Shown here: in pieces, positions 37,141 through 46,794 of the stretch | Layout of the letters: every line of letters starts with the position of its first letter | Position numbering within the stretch: the first letter of the stretch is position 1 | From: Pseudomonadota bacterium | GTDB lineage: Bacteria > UBA10199 > 2-02-FULL-44-16 > JAAZCA01 | Assembly (NCBI GenBank): GCA_016927275.1 | Contig: JAFGMW010000116.1 | Location: forward strand, 1,456 to 65,455 | Reading direction: 5' to 3' | Length of the DNA stretch: 64,000 nucleotides | Notes under the pieces: model-generated | Told to the model about the DNA's origin: nothing | Database searches by the model: none | Seen by the model: the letters and a program-made list of their open reading frames with translations, nothing else | Program-made: the position numbers and the translations under genes

Positions 37141-37617
37141 CTATTCGTTCACGTTCACGATCTTCTCGCCGCGGGTCATGGCGTCCAGCGTGCTGTACGG
37201 GTACGCGGTGAGCTGCGTCTCCTTCCCGTCGTTCGTGACGAGGTAGAATGCCACCCCGCCCTCGAAGCTCTGGTTGAGCTGCATGGCCCGGTTGAACGCC
37301 TCGGTGTTGATCGCCACCCAGTGGTACTTGGCTTGGTCCTTGTTCGGCTCGTAGATCGCGCACCAGAGGTAGGCATGCCGGCCGTCCAGGAGGTAGGTGC
37401 CGTTGGTCGCGTGCCAGTATGCGGTGTCGTTCCTGCCCAGCTTCCTGATCTTTATGGCCCGGTCGTATGACTTCACCACCTCCACGTCCGCCGGCTGCGT
37501 CGCGACGATCGTGTGCACCGCCGCCCCCTTGCCCACCGGGACGTCCTTGGCCGATGCAGCTGATGCGAAGAGCGCCAGCGCCGCGACTGCCGTTGCGATT
37601 GCTTTGACCTTCTTCAT
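37141..37617 (-). CDS. secreted hypothetical protein (~158 aa from MKKVKAIA)
   Basis: Signal peptide MKKVKAIATAVAALALFASAASA. Lies immediately upstream of cstA on the same strand. Confidence 0.5.
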   Translation of the reverse strand: MKKVKAIATAVAALALFASAASAKDVPVGKGAAVHTIVATQPADVEVVKSYDRAIKIRKLGRNDTAYWHATNGTYLLDGRHAYLWCAIYEPNKDQAKYHWVAINTEAFNRAMQLNQSFEGGVAFYLVTNDGKETQLTAYPYSTLDAMTRGEKIVNVNE

Positions 37618-37670
37618 GAAACCCTCCTTTTGGGATGTGGGACTTATATCACACGCGGAGGCGATGGCAA

Positions 37671-39521
37671 TCATATCCCCATGCCTTCCATGGCATCGTC
37701 TCTCGCTTTGCCGATCCGGCTGCGGTAGGCACGGATAATGTCGCCGTGGGTGATGAGGCCGATGATCCTGCCCGGGTCGTCGGGGTCCACGACCGGCAGC
37801 CTGTCCACGTCGCTTATCTCCAGCCTCTCGGCTATCTGCGCGATGCTCTCGTCCGGAAAGGCCACCGGCGGAGGGGCGAGCATCAGCTCCCCTGCGACCA
37901 CCATCTCCCCGAGCTCGCCTATCAGCGACAGCGCCGCCCTGACCTGCGCGAAGGTGATAAGCCCCGCGAGCTTTCCCTGGCCGTCCACGACCGGGAAGCC
38001 GTGCTGGGCCCCGCGCTGGATCCTGTCGATGAGATCCACCAGCTTCGTGTCCTCGCCTATGCTCTCAAATTTTTCGCGCATGACGTCGCGCACCGCCATC
38101 ATCGCCAGTGCGTCCTCCTTTGGGGCTCCGAGCCTTATGCCGCGCCTGATGAGTTTAAGCGTGTATATGGTCTCCTCGCTGAGCAGGCGCGAGACGAGCG
38201 TGGCGATGACGACGGCGGTCATCACAGGGAGGATGATCTCGTAGTCGTTGGTCATCTCGAATACGATGATGATCGCGGTGATGGGGGCGCGGGTGGCGCC
38301 TGCGAAGAGGGCGCCCATGCCCACCAGCGCGTAGGCACCGGGTGAGCCGACTATCCCTGGCAGCACGACCGAGAAGGCCCGCCCCGTGAAGCCGCCGAGC
38401 ATTGCGCCGATGAAGAGCGATGGCGAGAATACCCCGCCGGAGCCACCGGAGCCGAGGGTGAGAGACGTCGCCAATATCTTCGCTGCGGACAGCACTATGA
38501 GGGAAAGTGCGCCCAGATGGCCGAGCATCGCAGCCTCCGTGGCCTCGTGGCCCGTGCCCAGGACCTGCGGCATGGCGATCCCCATGGCCCCGAGGAGGAG
38601 GCCGCCGAGCGCGGGTTTGAGCCACTCGGGCATGCGGATTCCGTCGAACACATCCTCGATCTTGTAGAGAATCTTCACGAAGGCGCGGGCGTAGAGCGCT
38701 GCGATCGCTCCCAGGGCCGCGAACAGGAAGAGCTCCCAGTGGCTCACCAGGTCGTACACGGGCACGTGGAAGAAGAAACCCTCGCCTAGTATGAGCCTGG
38801 AGACGGCGGATGCGGTGACCGATGAGATGACGACCATGGAGAACGCGCTGGCTGCGAACTCCTGGAGTATCACCTCCATGGCGAAGAGCACGCCGGCGAT
38901 CGGCGTGGCGAATGTGGCGGAGATGCCGCCGGCTGCGCCGCATGCGACGAGCATCTTGGTCATGCCGCCGGGCATGCGGAAGAGCTGGCCGACCGACGAA
39001 CCGAACGCGGAGCCGATCTGCACGATCGGCCCCTCCTTCCCGGCGGAGCCGCCGCTGCCTATGCAGATCGCGCTGGCCAGCGCCTTGACGACGCCGACTA
39101 CAGGCCTGATCTTCCCCCCCCTTCGCGCCACGGCCAGCATCACCTCGGGCACGCCGTGTCCCCTCGCTTCACGCGCGAAACGCGTGACAAGCAGGCCCAC
39201 GAGCAGACCTCCAAGCGCCGGTATGAACAGGACAGCCCAGCGCCACGGCCCTGTGAATATGGAGCCCTGTGCGCCGTATGCTATGCCGGCGATGGCGTCG
39301 ATGAGCCACTGGAAGACGCAGGAGACGAGCCCGGTGATGAGGCCGACCAGGAGGGCGAGCGCCAGCAGCTTGCGGGTGGCACCGGGCATCGAGAGCGCCC
39401 AGAAGATCCTGCCCGGATATGCCTTGATCCTTGCGAGGAGGGATCTTCTTTTGTCTGTTTGTTCGGTTTCGTCCATCTGTAGTCCGGGTCGGGTTCGCAG
39501 GTATGATGAAAGGCGGCTCAA
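37671..39521 (-). CDS. ClC-family chloride channel / H+-Cl- antiporter with C-terminal CBS pair
   Basis: Selectivity-filter motifs GSGGSAGKEGP and GGVFSPSLFIGA. C-terminal CBS domains (VRDVM..., ERLEISDVDRLPVV). Confidence 0.9.
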   Translation of the reverse strand: MSRLSSYLRTRPGLQMDETEQTDKRRSLLARIKAYPGRIFWALSMPGATRKLLALALLVGLITGLVSCVFQWLIDAIAGIAYGAQGSIFTGPWRWAVLFIPALGGLLVGLLVTRFAREARGHGVPEVMLAVARRGGKIRPVVGVVKALASAICIGSGGSAGKEGPIVQIGSAFGSSVGQLFRMPGGMTKMLVACGAAGGISATFATPIAGVLFAMEVILQEFAASAFSMVVISSVTASAVSRLILGEGFFFHVPVYDLVSHWELFLFAALGAIAALYARAFVKILYKIEDVFDGIRMPEWLKPALGGLLLGAMGIAMPQVLGTGHEATEAAMLGHLGALSLIVLSAAKILATSLTLGSGGSGGVFSPSLFIGAMLGGFTGRAFSVVLPGIVGSPGAYALVGMGALFAGATRAPITAIIIVFEMTNDYEIILPVMTAVVIATLVSRLLSEETIYTLKLIRRGIRLGAPKEDALAMMAVRDVMREKFESIGEDTKLVDLIDRIQRGAQHGFPVVDGQGKLAGLITFAQVRAALSLIGELGEMVVAGELMLAPPPVAFPDESIAQIAERLEISDVDRLPVVDPDDPGRIIGLITHGDIIRAYRSRIGKARDDAMEGMGI

Positions 39522-39554
39522 ATGTCAACATTGTGACATGATGCGCAGGCGGGT

Positions 39555-40199
39555 TCAGATCTTTCCCTCGATTTCACGGTTGAACCTCGCGAAGAACTCC
39601 AGCATGAACGCGTGCCGCTCCCCGGCGAGGCGCCTGCCCTCTTTGGTCAGCATCCTCTCGCGGACGTGGCGGAGCTTGTGCAGGAACTCGCGAAATGCGG
39701 TGTCCTCGGGGCCGTACGCGGGCGCCTTGAGCGGATCGGTGCCGGGCGGGTTGTGGAGCCTGGCCCCGTTCTCGCCGGCGAAGAGGAATGCGCGGCCTAT
39801 GCCGACCGCGCCGATGGAGTCGAGTTTGTCCGCGTCGAAGAGGGACCGCGCCTCAAGCGTGTCGGGCCGGGATTCGCCGCGGAAGCGGTGGTGCTCGATG
39901 CAGTGCACGACGGCGTCCGCTATGCGGGCCTCCACTTCGTGCCTTTCTAAGATGGACCGGGCGAGCCTCGCCCCCTCCTTCGCGTGGCACACCTCGCCGA
40001 GCGACTCGTCCTCCCTGTGCCTGCCGATGTCGTGCAGGAGTGCCGCCATCTCCAGTATTTCAAGGTCCGCACCCTCTCTTCTGCCTATGTGCAGGGCGAG
40101 CGAGCGGACCCTCTCGGTGTGGTCCCAGCCGTGGCTGCCCCTGGAGCGGGTGAAATGGGCCCTGGCCTCCTCCGTTACGGCCTCAATCGCCTTTCGCAT
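39555..40199 (-). CDS. HD-domain phosphohydrolase
   Basis: H...HD motif (GWDHTERV...LLHDIGR) and downstream conserved His/Asp residues. Confidence 0.75.
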   Translation of the reverse strand: MRKAIEAVTEEARAHFTRSRGSHGWDHTERVRSLALHIGRREGADLEILEMAALLHDIGRHREDESLGEVCHAKEGARLARSILERHEVEARIADAVVHCIEHHRFRGESRPDTLEARSLFDADKLDSIGAVGIGRAFLFAGENGARLHNPPGTDPLKAPAYGPEDTAFREFLHKLRHVRERMLTKEGRRLAGERHAFMLEFFARFNREIEGKI

Positions 40200-40291
40200 G
40201 ACTGATATCTCCCTTTTGCGCCCCTGGCCGCTAGGCGGTTGTCATTTGCGGCGAAAATGCTAAACTGCCGCACAAAGTCAAGGGGGCCGAT

Positions 40292-41269
40292 ATGCGCATG
40301 TTCATCGCCGTGTCTTTTGCCGCAGCCGCAGTGCTCGTCTGTGCGCCCCTGTGGGCGCAGACCCAGGTCACGGGCCAGGGGGGCCAGACCATAACCGAGA
40401 GCACCGAGCCGCCGCCGCGCACGATAATACCCGAGAAGAAGGCGCCCTCGGCGCAGCCCAGGCCCTATCAGGAGAGGAGCTACTCCGGGCCCTCGTATCA
40501 GCCGCAGTACCAGCCGATGCCCTACGGACATGGCTACCACGGCGCCGGCTCGACCAAGTGCGACCTCCCCGGCGGGTGCGATACTGCGGTGCCCGAGGGC
40601 GCGGTGACGCTCGAGCAGCTGGATGCGCGCAGGTCCGGCGCCGCTGCCCCCGCGCCGGTCCCGGCGCAGCGATACACCCCTCCGCCCCCGGCGCCGATGC
40701 CGCCGCCGCAGTACTCGACTCCGGCCCCTGCGCCTGCCCCTGCGCAGAGGTATGTCGCTCCGGCTCCGCAGAAAACGCCTGCCCCGGCTTATGAGGAGCC
40801 GATCTACGAGTCGTCGAAAGACAAGCCGGTGGTGCTCAGGCACTACATACCAGGGGTCTCCGATACGATGCCTGTCTATCCCGGAGCAGCCCCTTCGCCT
40901 GCACAGCGATACGCCCCACCGCCCCCTGCGCCGGCCCCGATGCCGTCACCGGCCCCGAAATATGCGGCGCCTGCCCCTGCGCCGGCCCCGATGCCGGCAC
41001 CGGCGCCCTCCTACGGGCCGGTGAAGAGCGATCTGCCGGGGTATTCGCCCGAGCCGCTCCCGCCGGGCACGATCCGGCTGGAGGACGTGAAGTCGCCGCA
41101 GTCCGGCTATGTGCCGCCGCCAAAGGGGGCAGGGCCTGCGCCCGCACCGGCTTACGACACAGCCCCTGCAAGGCAGATGGACCAGTACGAGGAGATACCC
41201 GCCCGGGCCGCACCTGACAGCGATCTCGAGGTGCAGAGGCCGGCCTCCCGCTGGAAGCAGGGGAAGTGA
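40292..41269 (+). CDS. secreted Pro/Ala-rich low-complexity protein
   Basis: Signal peptide MRMFIAVSFAAAAVLVCAPLWAQ followed by repeated PAPAPAQRY(A/V)PP motifs. Confidence 0.5.
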   Translation: MRMFIAVSFAAAAVLVCAPLWAQTQVTGQGGQTITESTEPPPRTIIPEKKAPSAQPRPYQERSYSGPSYQPQYQPMPYGHGYHGAGSTKCDLPGGCDTAVPEGAVTLEQLDARRSGAAAPAPVPAQRYTPPPPAPMPPPQYSTPAPAPAPAQRYVAPAPQKTPAPAYEEPIYESSKDKPVVLRHYIPGVSDTMPVYPGAAPSPAQRYAPPPPAPAPMPSPAPKYAAPAPAPAPMPAPAPSYGPVKSDLPGYSPEPLPPGTIRLEDVKSPQSGYVPPPKGAGPAPAPAYDTAPARQMDQYEEIPARAAPDSDLEVQRPASRWKQGK

Positions 41270-41297
41270 GGGTTGCAGCGAAGGCTGCGATGTGAAT

Positions 41298-41330
41298 AAA
41301 AGGCCCGCTCGAGCGGGCCTTTTGGTCTGG
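41298..41330 (+). terminator. Rho-independent terminator after the Pro/Ala-rich gene
   Basis: aaaaggcccgc-tcga-gcgggcc-ttttggtc. Confidence 0.6.
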
Positions 41331-41355
41331 ATCGATCGTTTGAGTTCTCTGGAAT

Positions 41356-41442
41356 GGAGGGGTGCGTGAGTGGCCGAAACGGGCGGTCTTGAAAACCGCT
41401 GTGGCTGAAAAGCCACCGTGGGTTCGAATCCCACCCCCTCCG
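41356..41442 (+). tRNA. tRNA-Ser (anticodon UGA)
   Basis: ggaggggtgcgtgagtggccgaaacgggcggtcttgaaaaccgctgtggctgaaaagccaccgtgggttcgaatcccaccccctccg. Acceptor GGAGGGG/CCCCUCC, anticodon stem GCGGU/ACCGC with loop CUUGAAA, long variable arm, T-loop GGUUCGAAUCC. CCA not encoded. Confidence 0.85.
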
Positions 41443-41462
41443 CATTTTTTACGGGAAGCGCG

Positions 41463-43877
41463 ATGTCGCCATACTACAGACGAGACAGGAGCCAGGCCAA
41501 CCGCCAGCGCCAGATGCAGGAGCGCAAGCGCGCGCTCGCCAGGCGCGGCGGGGGCAGGTCAAAAGGGCCGGGCGTGCTGCGCAGGGCGGCGAGGCTCTTC
41601 AAGGTCCTCGTGGTGCTCGCGATCGTGGGCGGCGTGGCGCTCTTGTACCACTTCCATCACCTCGACGGGATGATCGAGGAGAAGTTCGACAGGCCGCGCA
41701 AATGGGACCTCCCCTCGCGAGTCTTCTCGGACGCCGAATACCTCTATCCGGGGCTGGACATAAAGGCGCGCAGCATCGCCTCCAAGCTCGACCGGCTCGA
41801 CTACCGCAACACCGGCCAGGAGATAAAGGGACCGGGCGAGTACTCGCTCACCGACTCGCGCCTGCTCATCCACCTGCACGACTTCGACTACCCGGACGAT
41901 CCGTTCAAGGGGTTCCCGCTAGAGGTCGGCATAGAGGGCGGCACCATCAGGCAGATGAAGAGGATGGACACCGGCGAGGCGCTGGAGATCGCGAGGCTGG
42001 AGCCGGAGCAGGTCGCCTCGATATTCAACGAGAAGATGGAGGACCGCACCCCCGTGGCCCTCTCCGACGTGCCGGAGAATCTCGTCCGGGCGATAATCCT
42101 GATCGAGGACGAGCGGTTCTTCGAGCATGGCGGCGTGGACCCGGTCGGCATCGCGCGCGCCGCGCTCGCGAACCTCAAGGCCCTGCGCATAGTGCAGGGC
42201 GGCTCCACTCTCACCCAGCAGCTCGTGAAGAACTTCTTCCTCTATCCGAAGAGGTCTTTCGCGCGAAAGCTCAACGAGATGCTCATAGCCTGGCGGATCG
42301 AGAAGAAGCACTCCAAGGGCGAGATACTCGAGGCGTATCTCAACGAGATATATCTCGGCCAGCGCGGCTCCGCCTCGGTCTCCGGCGTGGAGGAGGCCAG
42401 CCGCCTCTACTTCGGCAAGGCCGCGAGCCAGCTCACCGCAGGCGAGTGCGCGATGATAGCGGGCATGATCAAGTCGCCGAGCCTGTACAACCCGATCGCC
42501 AACCCCGAGAAGGCGAGGGAGCGGCGGGACTTCGTGCTGGCGGGCATGCGCGACAAGGGCTTCATCACCGCCGAGGAGCAGGGGAAGGCGAAGAAGGAGA
42601 AGATCGTGACCCCCAGGGTCAGGACGCGCACGGTCGTGGCGCCTTACTTCATAGACTTTTTGAAGCGGCAGCTCGCGGACCTGTACCCGCCCGACGTTCT
42701 CAAGACCGAGGGGCTGCGCATCTTCACCACGCTGGACATGTTCATGCAGCTGGCGGCCGAGCGGGCGGTTTCGCAGGGGATCGCCTCGCTGGAGAGGGAC
42801 TACGCGACGAGGCTGCCCAGGGAGCACGAGGGAGGGCTGCAGGCGTGTCTGGTTGCGGTCCAGCCGTCCACCGGCTACCTTCGCGCGCTCGTCGGCGGGC
42901 GCGACTACGCCGACACCCAGTTCGACCGGTGCACCCAGGCCATGCGCCAGCCGGGCTCGGTCTTCAAGCCGTTCGTGTACCTCACGGCCATGGACCCCGC
43001 GCGCAGCAGGGCGCTGTTCACACCGGCGTCGCTCGTGGACGACACCTCGTTCAGCGTGAGATCAGGCGGCAAGGATTGGAGCCCGGCCAACTACGACAAG
43101 AAGGAGCACGGTCCGGTGACTCTGAGAAGGGCGCTCGAGCAGAGCTACAACATAGCCAGCGCGAAGCTGGCGATCGAGGCGGGGCTCGAAAACGTCGTGA
43201 AGACCGCCAGGGACGCGGGCATCGAGAGCGAGCTGATGGCGGTCCCGTCCATGGCGCTCGGCGCCTTCGAGGTCACCCCCATGGAGATGGCCAGCGCATA
43301 CACGATCTTCCCCAACGGCGGCATCAGGGCGGACCCGGTCTCGATCATCAACGTGGTCACCAAGGAGGGTGAGGTCCTCGAGAAGAAGTCGCTCGTGATG
43401 AAGCGCGAGTTCGAGGCGGGGCCGGTCTTCCTCACCACGAGCGTCATGAAGGGCGTGCTCGACAGCGGGACGGGTGCCGGCGCGCGCAGCAGGGGCTTCA
43501 CCGCGATCGCGGCCGGCAAGACCGGCACGACCTCGAGCTACCGCGACGCATGGTTCGTCGGGTTCACTCCCAAGCTGCTGGCGCTTTCGTGGGTGGGCTA
43601 CGACGACAACGCCACGATGAACCTGAGCGGAGCCTCGGGCGCGCTGCCGATCTGGACGAAATTCATGAACGAGGTGCGGCCCAACGGCGACGGCGATTTC
43701 TCTGGTCCGTCCGGCGTCATTCTGGTAAAGATCGACCCTGTGACCGGCGGGCTTTCAGATTCCTCCTGTCCGGGCGGGAGATTCGAGGTCTTCATCAAGG
43801 GAACGGAGCCCGAAAAGACATGCAGCGAGATAGGGACCGACGCATCGGCACGGGAGACCGCTCCCATGGAGTTCTAG
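41463..43877 (+). CDS. class A penicillin-binding protein (PBP1A family; bifunctional glycosyltransferase/transpeptidase)
   Basis: GT51 motifs (RAIILIEDERFFEHGGVD, GGSTLTQQLVKN) and transpeptidase SxxK (SVFKPF), SxN, KTGTT. The N-terminal TM anchor starts after the tRNA-Ser. Confidence 0.9.
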   Translation: MSPYYRRDRSQANRQRQMQERKRALARRGGGRSKGPGVLRRAARLFKVLVVLAIVGGVALLYHFHHLDGMIEEKFDRPRKWDLPSRVFSDAEYLYPGLDIKARSIASKLDRLDYRNTGQEIKGPGEYSLTDSRLLIHLHDFDYPDDPFKGFPLEVGIEGGTIRQMKRMDTGEALEIARLEPEQVASIFNEKMEDRTPVALSDVPENLVRAIILIEDERFFEHGGVDPVGIARAALANLKALRIVQGGSTLTQQLVKNFFLYPKRSFARKLNEMLIAWRIEKKHSKGEILEAYLNEIYLGQRGSASVSGVEEASRLYFGKAASQLTAGECAMIAGMIKSPSLYNPIANPEKARERRDFVLAGMRDKGFITAEEQGKAKKEKIVTPRVRTRTVVAPYFIDFLKRQLADLYPPDVLKTEGLRIFTTLDMFMQLAAERAVSQGIASLERDYATRLPREHEGGLQACLVAVQPSTGYLRALVGGRDYADTQFDRCTQAMRQPGSVFKPFVYLTAMDPARSRALFTPASLVDDTSFSVRSGGKDWSPANYDKKEHGPVTLRRALEQSYNIASAKLAIEAGLENVVKTARDAGIESELMAVPSMALGAFEVTPMEMASAYTIFPNGGIRADPVSIINVVTKEGEVLEKKSLVMKREFEAGPVFLTTSVMKGVLDSGTGAGARSRGFTAIAAGKTGTTSSYRDAWFVGFTPKLLALSWVGYDDNATMNLSGASGALPIWTKFMNEVRPNGDGDFSGPSGVILVKIDPVTGGLSDSSCPGGRFEVFIKGTEPEKTCSEIGTDASARETAPMEF

Positions 43878-44332
43878 GGATCGCACTGGCCCTGATCGCC
43901 GCGCTCTCGCTGACCGCTTGCCCCAGAAAACCCCCTCACAAGAAACTCCCGCCCGGCGCGCGCGTTCCGCCGAGGGAGGTCCGCGAGCCGGCGACCGCAC
44001 CTCAGATGGAGGTGGGGCCCGAGCGCCAGGCCTCGGAGAGGCTGGTCGAGAAGGGCAGGGCGCTCATGGAGAACGGGCAGTGCGAGCGCGCAGCGGCGTT
44101 GTTCAGGGACGCGGTGGGCGTGGACACGACCAACGGGCACGCCTACTACTACCTCGCCGTGGCTCAGGCGGAGCTGGGCCACCCCGACGTAGCCCTTGGG
44201 TTGCTCGACAAGGCGGAGGCGCTGCTGGCGCACGAAGAGCTCTGGGCGGAAAAAATCGACGAGTTGCGCCGGGAGCTGGGTTCGCGCGGGCCGGGCGAGA
44301 TCGTCCCGTCGCCGATAGATCAGGCTTTTTAA
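43820..44332 (+). CDS. small TPR-like lipoprotein (170 aa) overlapping the 3' end of the PBP1A gene
   Basis: ATG at 43820, 58 nt before the PBP stop, in another frame. Signal peptide with lipobox: MQRDRDRRIGTGDRSHGVLGIALALIAALSLTAC. TPR-like helices (GHAYYYLAVAQAELGHPDVALGLLDKAEALL). Confidence 0.5.
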   Translation: MQRDRDRRIGTGDRSHGVLGIALALIAALSLTACPRKPPHKKLPPGARVPPREVREPATAPQMEVGPERQASERLVEKGRALMENGQCERAAALFRDAVGVDTTNGHAYYYLAVAQAELGHPDVALGLLDKAEALLAHEELWAEKIDELRRELGSRGPGEIVPSPIDQAF

Positions 44333-44401
44333 ATCCGTGACTCGTGACTGGCGCAAGCACGCTAGTCACTAGTCACTAGTCACGAGTTGCCAGTCACGGC
44401 T
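44333..44401. repeat. inverted tandem-repeat hairpin built from GTGACT units between convergent genes
   Basis: cgtgactcgtgactggcgcaagcacgctagtcactagtcactagtcacgagttgccagtcacgg. Left GTGACTCGTGACTGG is complementary to right CCAGTCACG. Central (TAGTCAC)3. Confidence 0.6.
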
Positions 44402-44890
44402 TTATCCTTTGTATCGTTTGAACTGCGGAAACCAGCGTGGGACCGCCTTGCGGTATCTCTCGTATTCGTGGCCCAATCCATCCTTCAGCGCGGGCTCCTC
44501 GTAGAAGAGGACCCAGAAGTGTATGGCCCACGTGATTATCAGCGCGTAGGCCAACATGGCTATCCGGGACATGATGAGCGCCTCGCCCCACATGGTGAGC
44601 AGCACGCCGAGCATGAACGGATTGCGCACGTACCTGTACGGGCCGGCCACGGTGAAGACGCCGCCAGCGTCGTAGGGCGCGGGCCTGGAGGCGCCGGGCA
44701 GCAGCAGGACCGCCCCGCAGTAGAGGGTCAGCGGAGCGCCGACGGCGATGAGCGCGACGCCCGCGTAGCGGAACATGCCGATGTCCAGCATCGGGAAACT
44801 TGCGTCGAAGCGGGTCGCGAGCCACGGCCCCACGAAGAGCGACAGCACCATGAAGACCATGCCCCAGATGATCGTGCGGAATACGAACAT
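44402..44890 (-). CDS. isoprenylcysteine carboxyl methyltransferase (ICMT)/phospholipid methyltransferase-family membrane protein
   Basis: C-terminal VRNPFMLG....YEEPAL..GHEYERYRKAVPRW matches the ICMT-family RHPxY...EE motif. Start chosen at MFVFRTIIW (AAGGGG SD). The upstream part of the long ORF overlaps the convergent PduO gene and was discarded. Confidence 0.65.
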   Translation of the reverse strand: MFVFRTIIWGMVFMVLSLFVGPWLATRFDASFPMLDIGMFRYAGVALIAVGAPLTLYCGAVLLLPGASRPAPYDAGGVFTVAGPYRYVRNPFMLGVLLTMWGEALIMSRIAMLAYALIITWAIHFWVLFYEEPALKDGLGHEYERYRKAVPRWFPQFKRYKG

Positions 44891-44992
44891 GGAAAACCCC
44901 TTGATTTCCGGATGATATTTGCACGGGAGGGACATGTCAACCAGGGCTTTTAGCAGGTTTACAAAATCGCGCGCATTACTTAGATTGACGGC

Positions 44993-45556
44993 ATGGGCAT
45001 AGTGACGGGGGCAGGCGATCGGCGCAGGACGAGGCTCATATCGGGCGAGGAGGTAGCAAAGTCGGATCCCCGCATCGAGGCGGTGGGCGCCATCGACGAG
45101 CTCAACTCCCACATGGGGCTCGCGCGCGCCATGGCCGAAAAATACGGCGGACGATTGAGCGGACAGGCCCGGGAGATGCGCGAGCTGCAGCTGGAGCTCT
45201 TCCGCATGGCGGGCGAGCTTTGCTGCGCCGACATCTCGAAGCAGGGCTGGGTCGAGCCCACCTCGGTGCGCCATGTCGAGAGCATCGAGGCAAGGATCGC
45301 GGCGCTCGAGCGCTCGATCGAGCTCCCCCGCTCATTCATCGTCCCGGGCGCGTGCGATGCCTCGGCGGCCCTGGACATGGCGCGCGCCGTGGCGCGTAGG
45401 CTGGAGAGGCACGCGGTGAGGATGTCCGAGGACGGCCTGTACGACAACGAGCAGGGGCTGGTCTACCTCAACAGGCTCTCCGACTACCTCTTTCTTCTCG
45501 CGCGCGCGATCGAGAAGGCGGCGGGCGTCCCCTTCTCCACGAAGGAGGGCCAGTGA
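44993..45556 (+). CDS. PduO-type ATP:cob(I)alamin adenosyltransferase
   Basis: N-terminal GDRRRTRLISGEEVAKSDPRIEAVGAIDELNS matches the PduO/MMAB family. 187 aa. Confidence 0.8.
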   Translation: MGIVTGAGDRRRTRLISGEEVAKSDPRIEAVGAIDELNSHMGLARAMAEKYGGRLSGQAREMRELQLELFRMAGELCCADISKQGWVEPTSVRHVESIEARIAALERSIELPRSFIVPGACDASAALDMARAVARRLERHAVRMSEDGLYDNEQGLVYLNRLSDYLFLLARAIEKAAGVPFSTKEGQ

Positions 45557-45870
45557 GGGAGCCGGTCTTCGCAATGACCACCACGAACAGGGCGGACGAG
45601 GCGCGCTCCATCGCCGAGCTCGTCGTCAAGGAGGGGCTCGCCGCCTGCGTGCAGATAGTGCCGAAGATCGAGTCGATCTACGAGTGGGATGGGAAGATTC
45701 ACGCGGACCAGGAGCACCTGCTGCTCATCAAGACGTTCGAGGACCGGATCGGCGCGATCAAGAAGATGATCGAGGAGAAGCACAGCTACGAGGTCCCGGA
45801 GTTCCTCGTGGTCCCTGTGATCGACGGCGCTAAGGATTACCTCAAGTGGATGGAAGAGGGCACCAAATAA
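45553..45870 (+). CDS. cutA: divalent-cation tolerance protein CutA
   Basis: 105 aa. Conserved CutA1 blocks (ACVQIVPKIESIYEWDGKI...EHLLLIKT). ATGA overlap with the upstream gene. Confidence 0.85.
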   Translation: MREPVFAMTTTNRADEARSIAELVVKEGLAACVQIVPKIESIYEWDGKIHADQEHLLLIKTFEDRIGAIKKMIEEKHSYEVPEFLVVPVIDGAKDYLKWMEEGTK

Positions 45871-45876
45871 GCACCA

Positions 45877-45925
45877 ATGACCAAATTCCGAACTGAGCCT
45901 TTGTTCGGTCATTGGTTATTTGGAA
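45877..45925. terminator. hairpin plus T-rich tract after cutA (likely bidirectional with the convergent peptidase gene)
   Basis: ccaatgacc-aaat-tccgaac...gttcgg-tcattgg followed by ttatttggaatttgttatttgg. Confidence 0.55.
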
Positions 45926-45953
45926 TTTGTTATTTGGTGCTTGGAGTTTGCGG

Positions 45954-46676
45954 TTATCCGGCGCCGATTATTCTCCCCACCTTGGGGCCAGTCCCGTCCC
46001 TGGAAGCGAATATCCTCTTCGCTGTCTTCATGGCGCGCTTCTCCGCCTCGAAGGCCTCCCGGAGTATCGCTGCGCGCGTGGCGAAGTTGTGGTACTTGTG
46101 GCAGGGGAGCCTCTTCTCCTTCTTGCGCCTGTCGATCTTCTCCAGGAAGCCGATCATCGGCTCCACCGAATAGCCCATGAGGAACATGACGCGCCCGGAG
46201 AAGGCATCCGCGTCCCCCTCCTCCTCGCGCCTGATCGCGTGCAGCCGGTCCCAGGAGAGGTGCGACCAGTCGACCCCCTTCGGCAGATCGCTCATCATGT
46301 GGCCCCACTCGTGGGCCACTATCCCGGCGATCAGCTCCTCGTCCCCGCCGTGCTGGGCGAGGAAGTCCACGCCCACGTAGAGGTTGTCGTCCTCGTCGAC
46401 CGAGGCGATCGTGTTCCTCGCCGGTATGATCTTCCCGCCCTTCTTGCGGGAGAAGAGGGAGAGCTTCTTGCGGAGACGCTCGAGCAGCCCCTTGGGCGCG
46501 AAAAACGCCGCCACCTCGGGGGGGAGGGTCTCCGGGTCCACGATCTCGGGTATGGGCTCGCCGAGCAGCTTCTTTATCTCGGTGGCGTTGGCGATCGTGC
46601 CGCCGCGCGACACGGCGCGGCTGATCCACGCGGGCGGCATCTCCGCGAGCTTTGCATGTATCTTCTCTATGCCCAT
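45954..46676 (-). CDS. putative zinc metallopeptidase (HExxH motif)
   Basis: IAGIVAHEWGHMMSD contains the HEWGH zincin motif. Start chosen at MGIEKIHAKL (GAGGGACAGGA upstream). Family not assigned. Confidence 0.55.
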   Translation of the reverse strand: MGIEKIHAKLAEMPPAWISRAVSRGGTIANATEIKKLLGEPIPEIVDPETLPPEVAAFFAPKGLLERLRKKLSLFSRKKGGKIIPARNTIASVDEDDNLYVGVDFLAQHGGDEELIAGIVAHEWGHMMSDLPKGVDWSHLSWDRLHAIRREEEGDADAFSGRVMFLMGYSVEPMIGFLEKIDRRKKEKRLPCHKYHNFATRAAILREAFEAEKRAMKTAKRIFASRDGTGPKVGRIIGAG

Positions 46677-46794
46677 GGGGTATCCTGTCCCTCTATTGTA
46701 CATTATCGGCATGAAAATCAAAATGTTTCGCGATATTAATGATTAGCAGCATTGACATTGATAATTGTTGCCTGTTCCTTTTCAAAAGGGCCTT

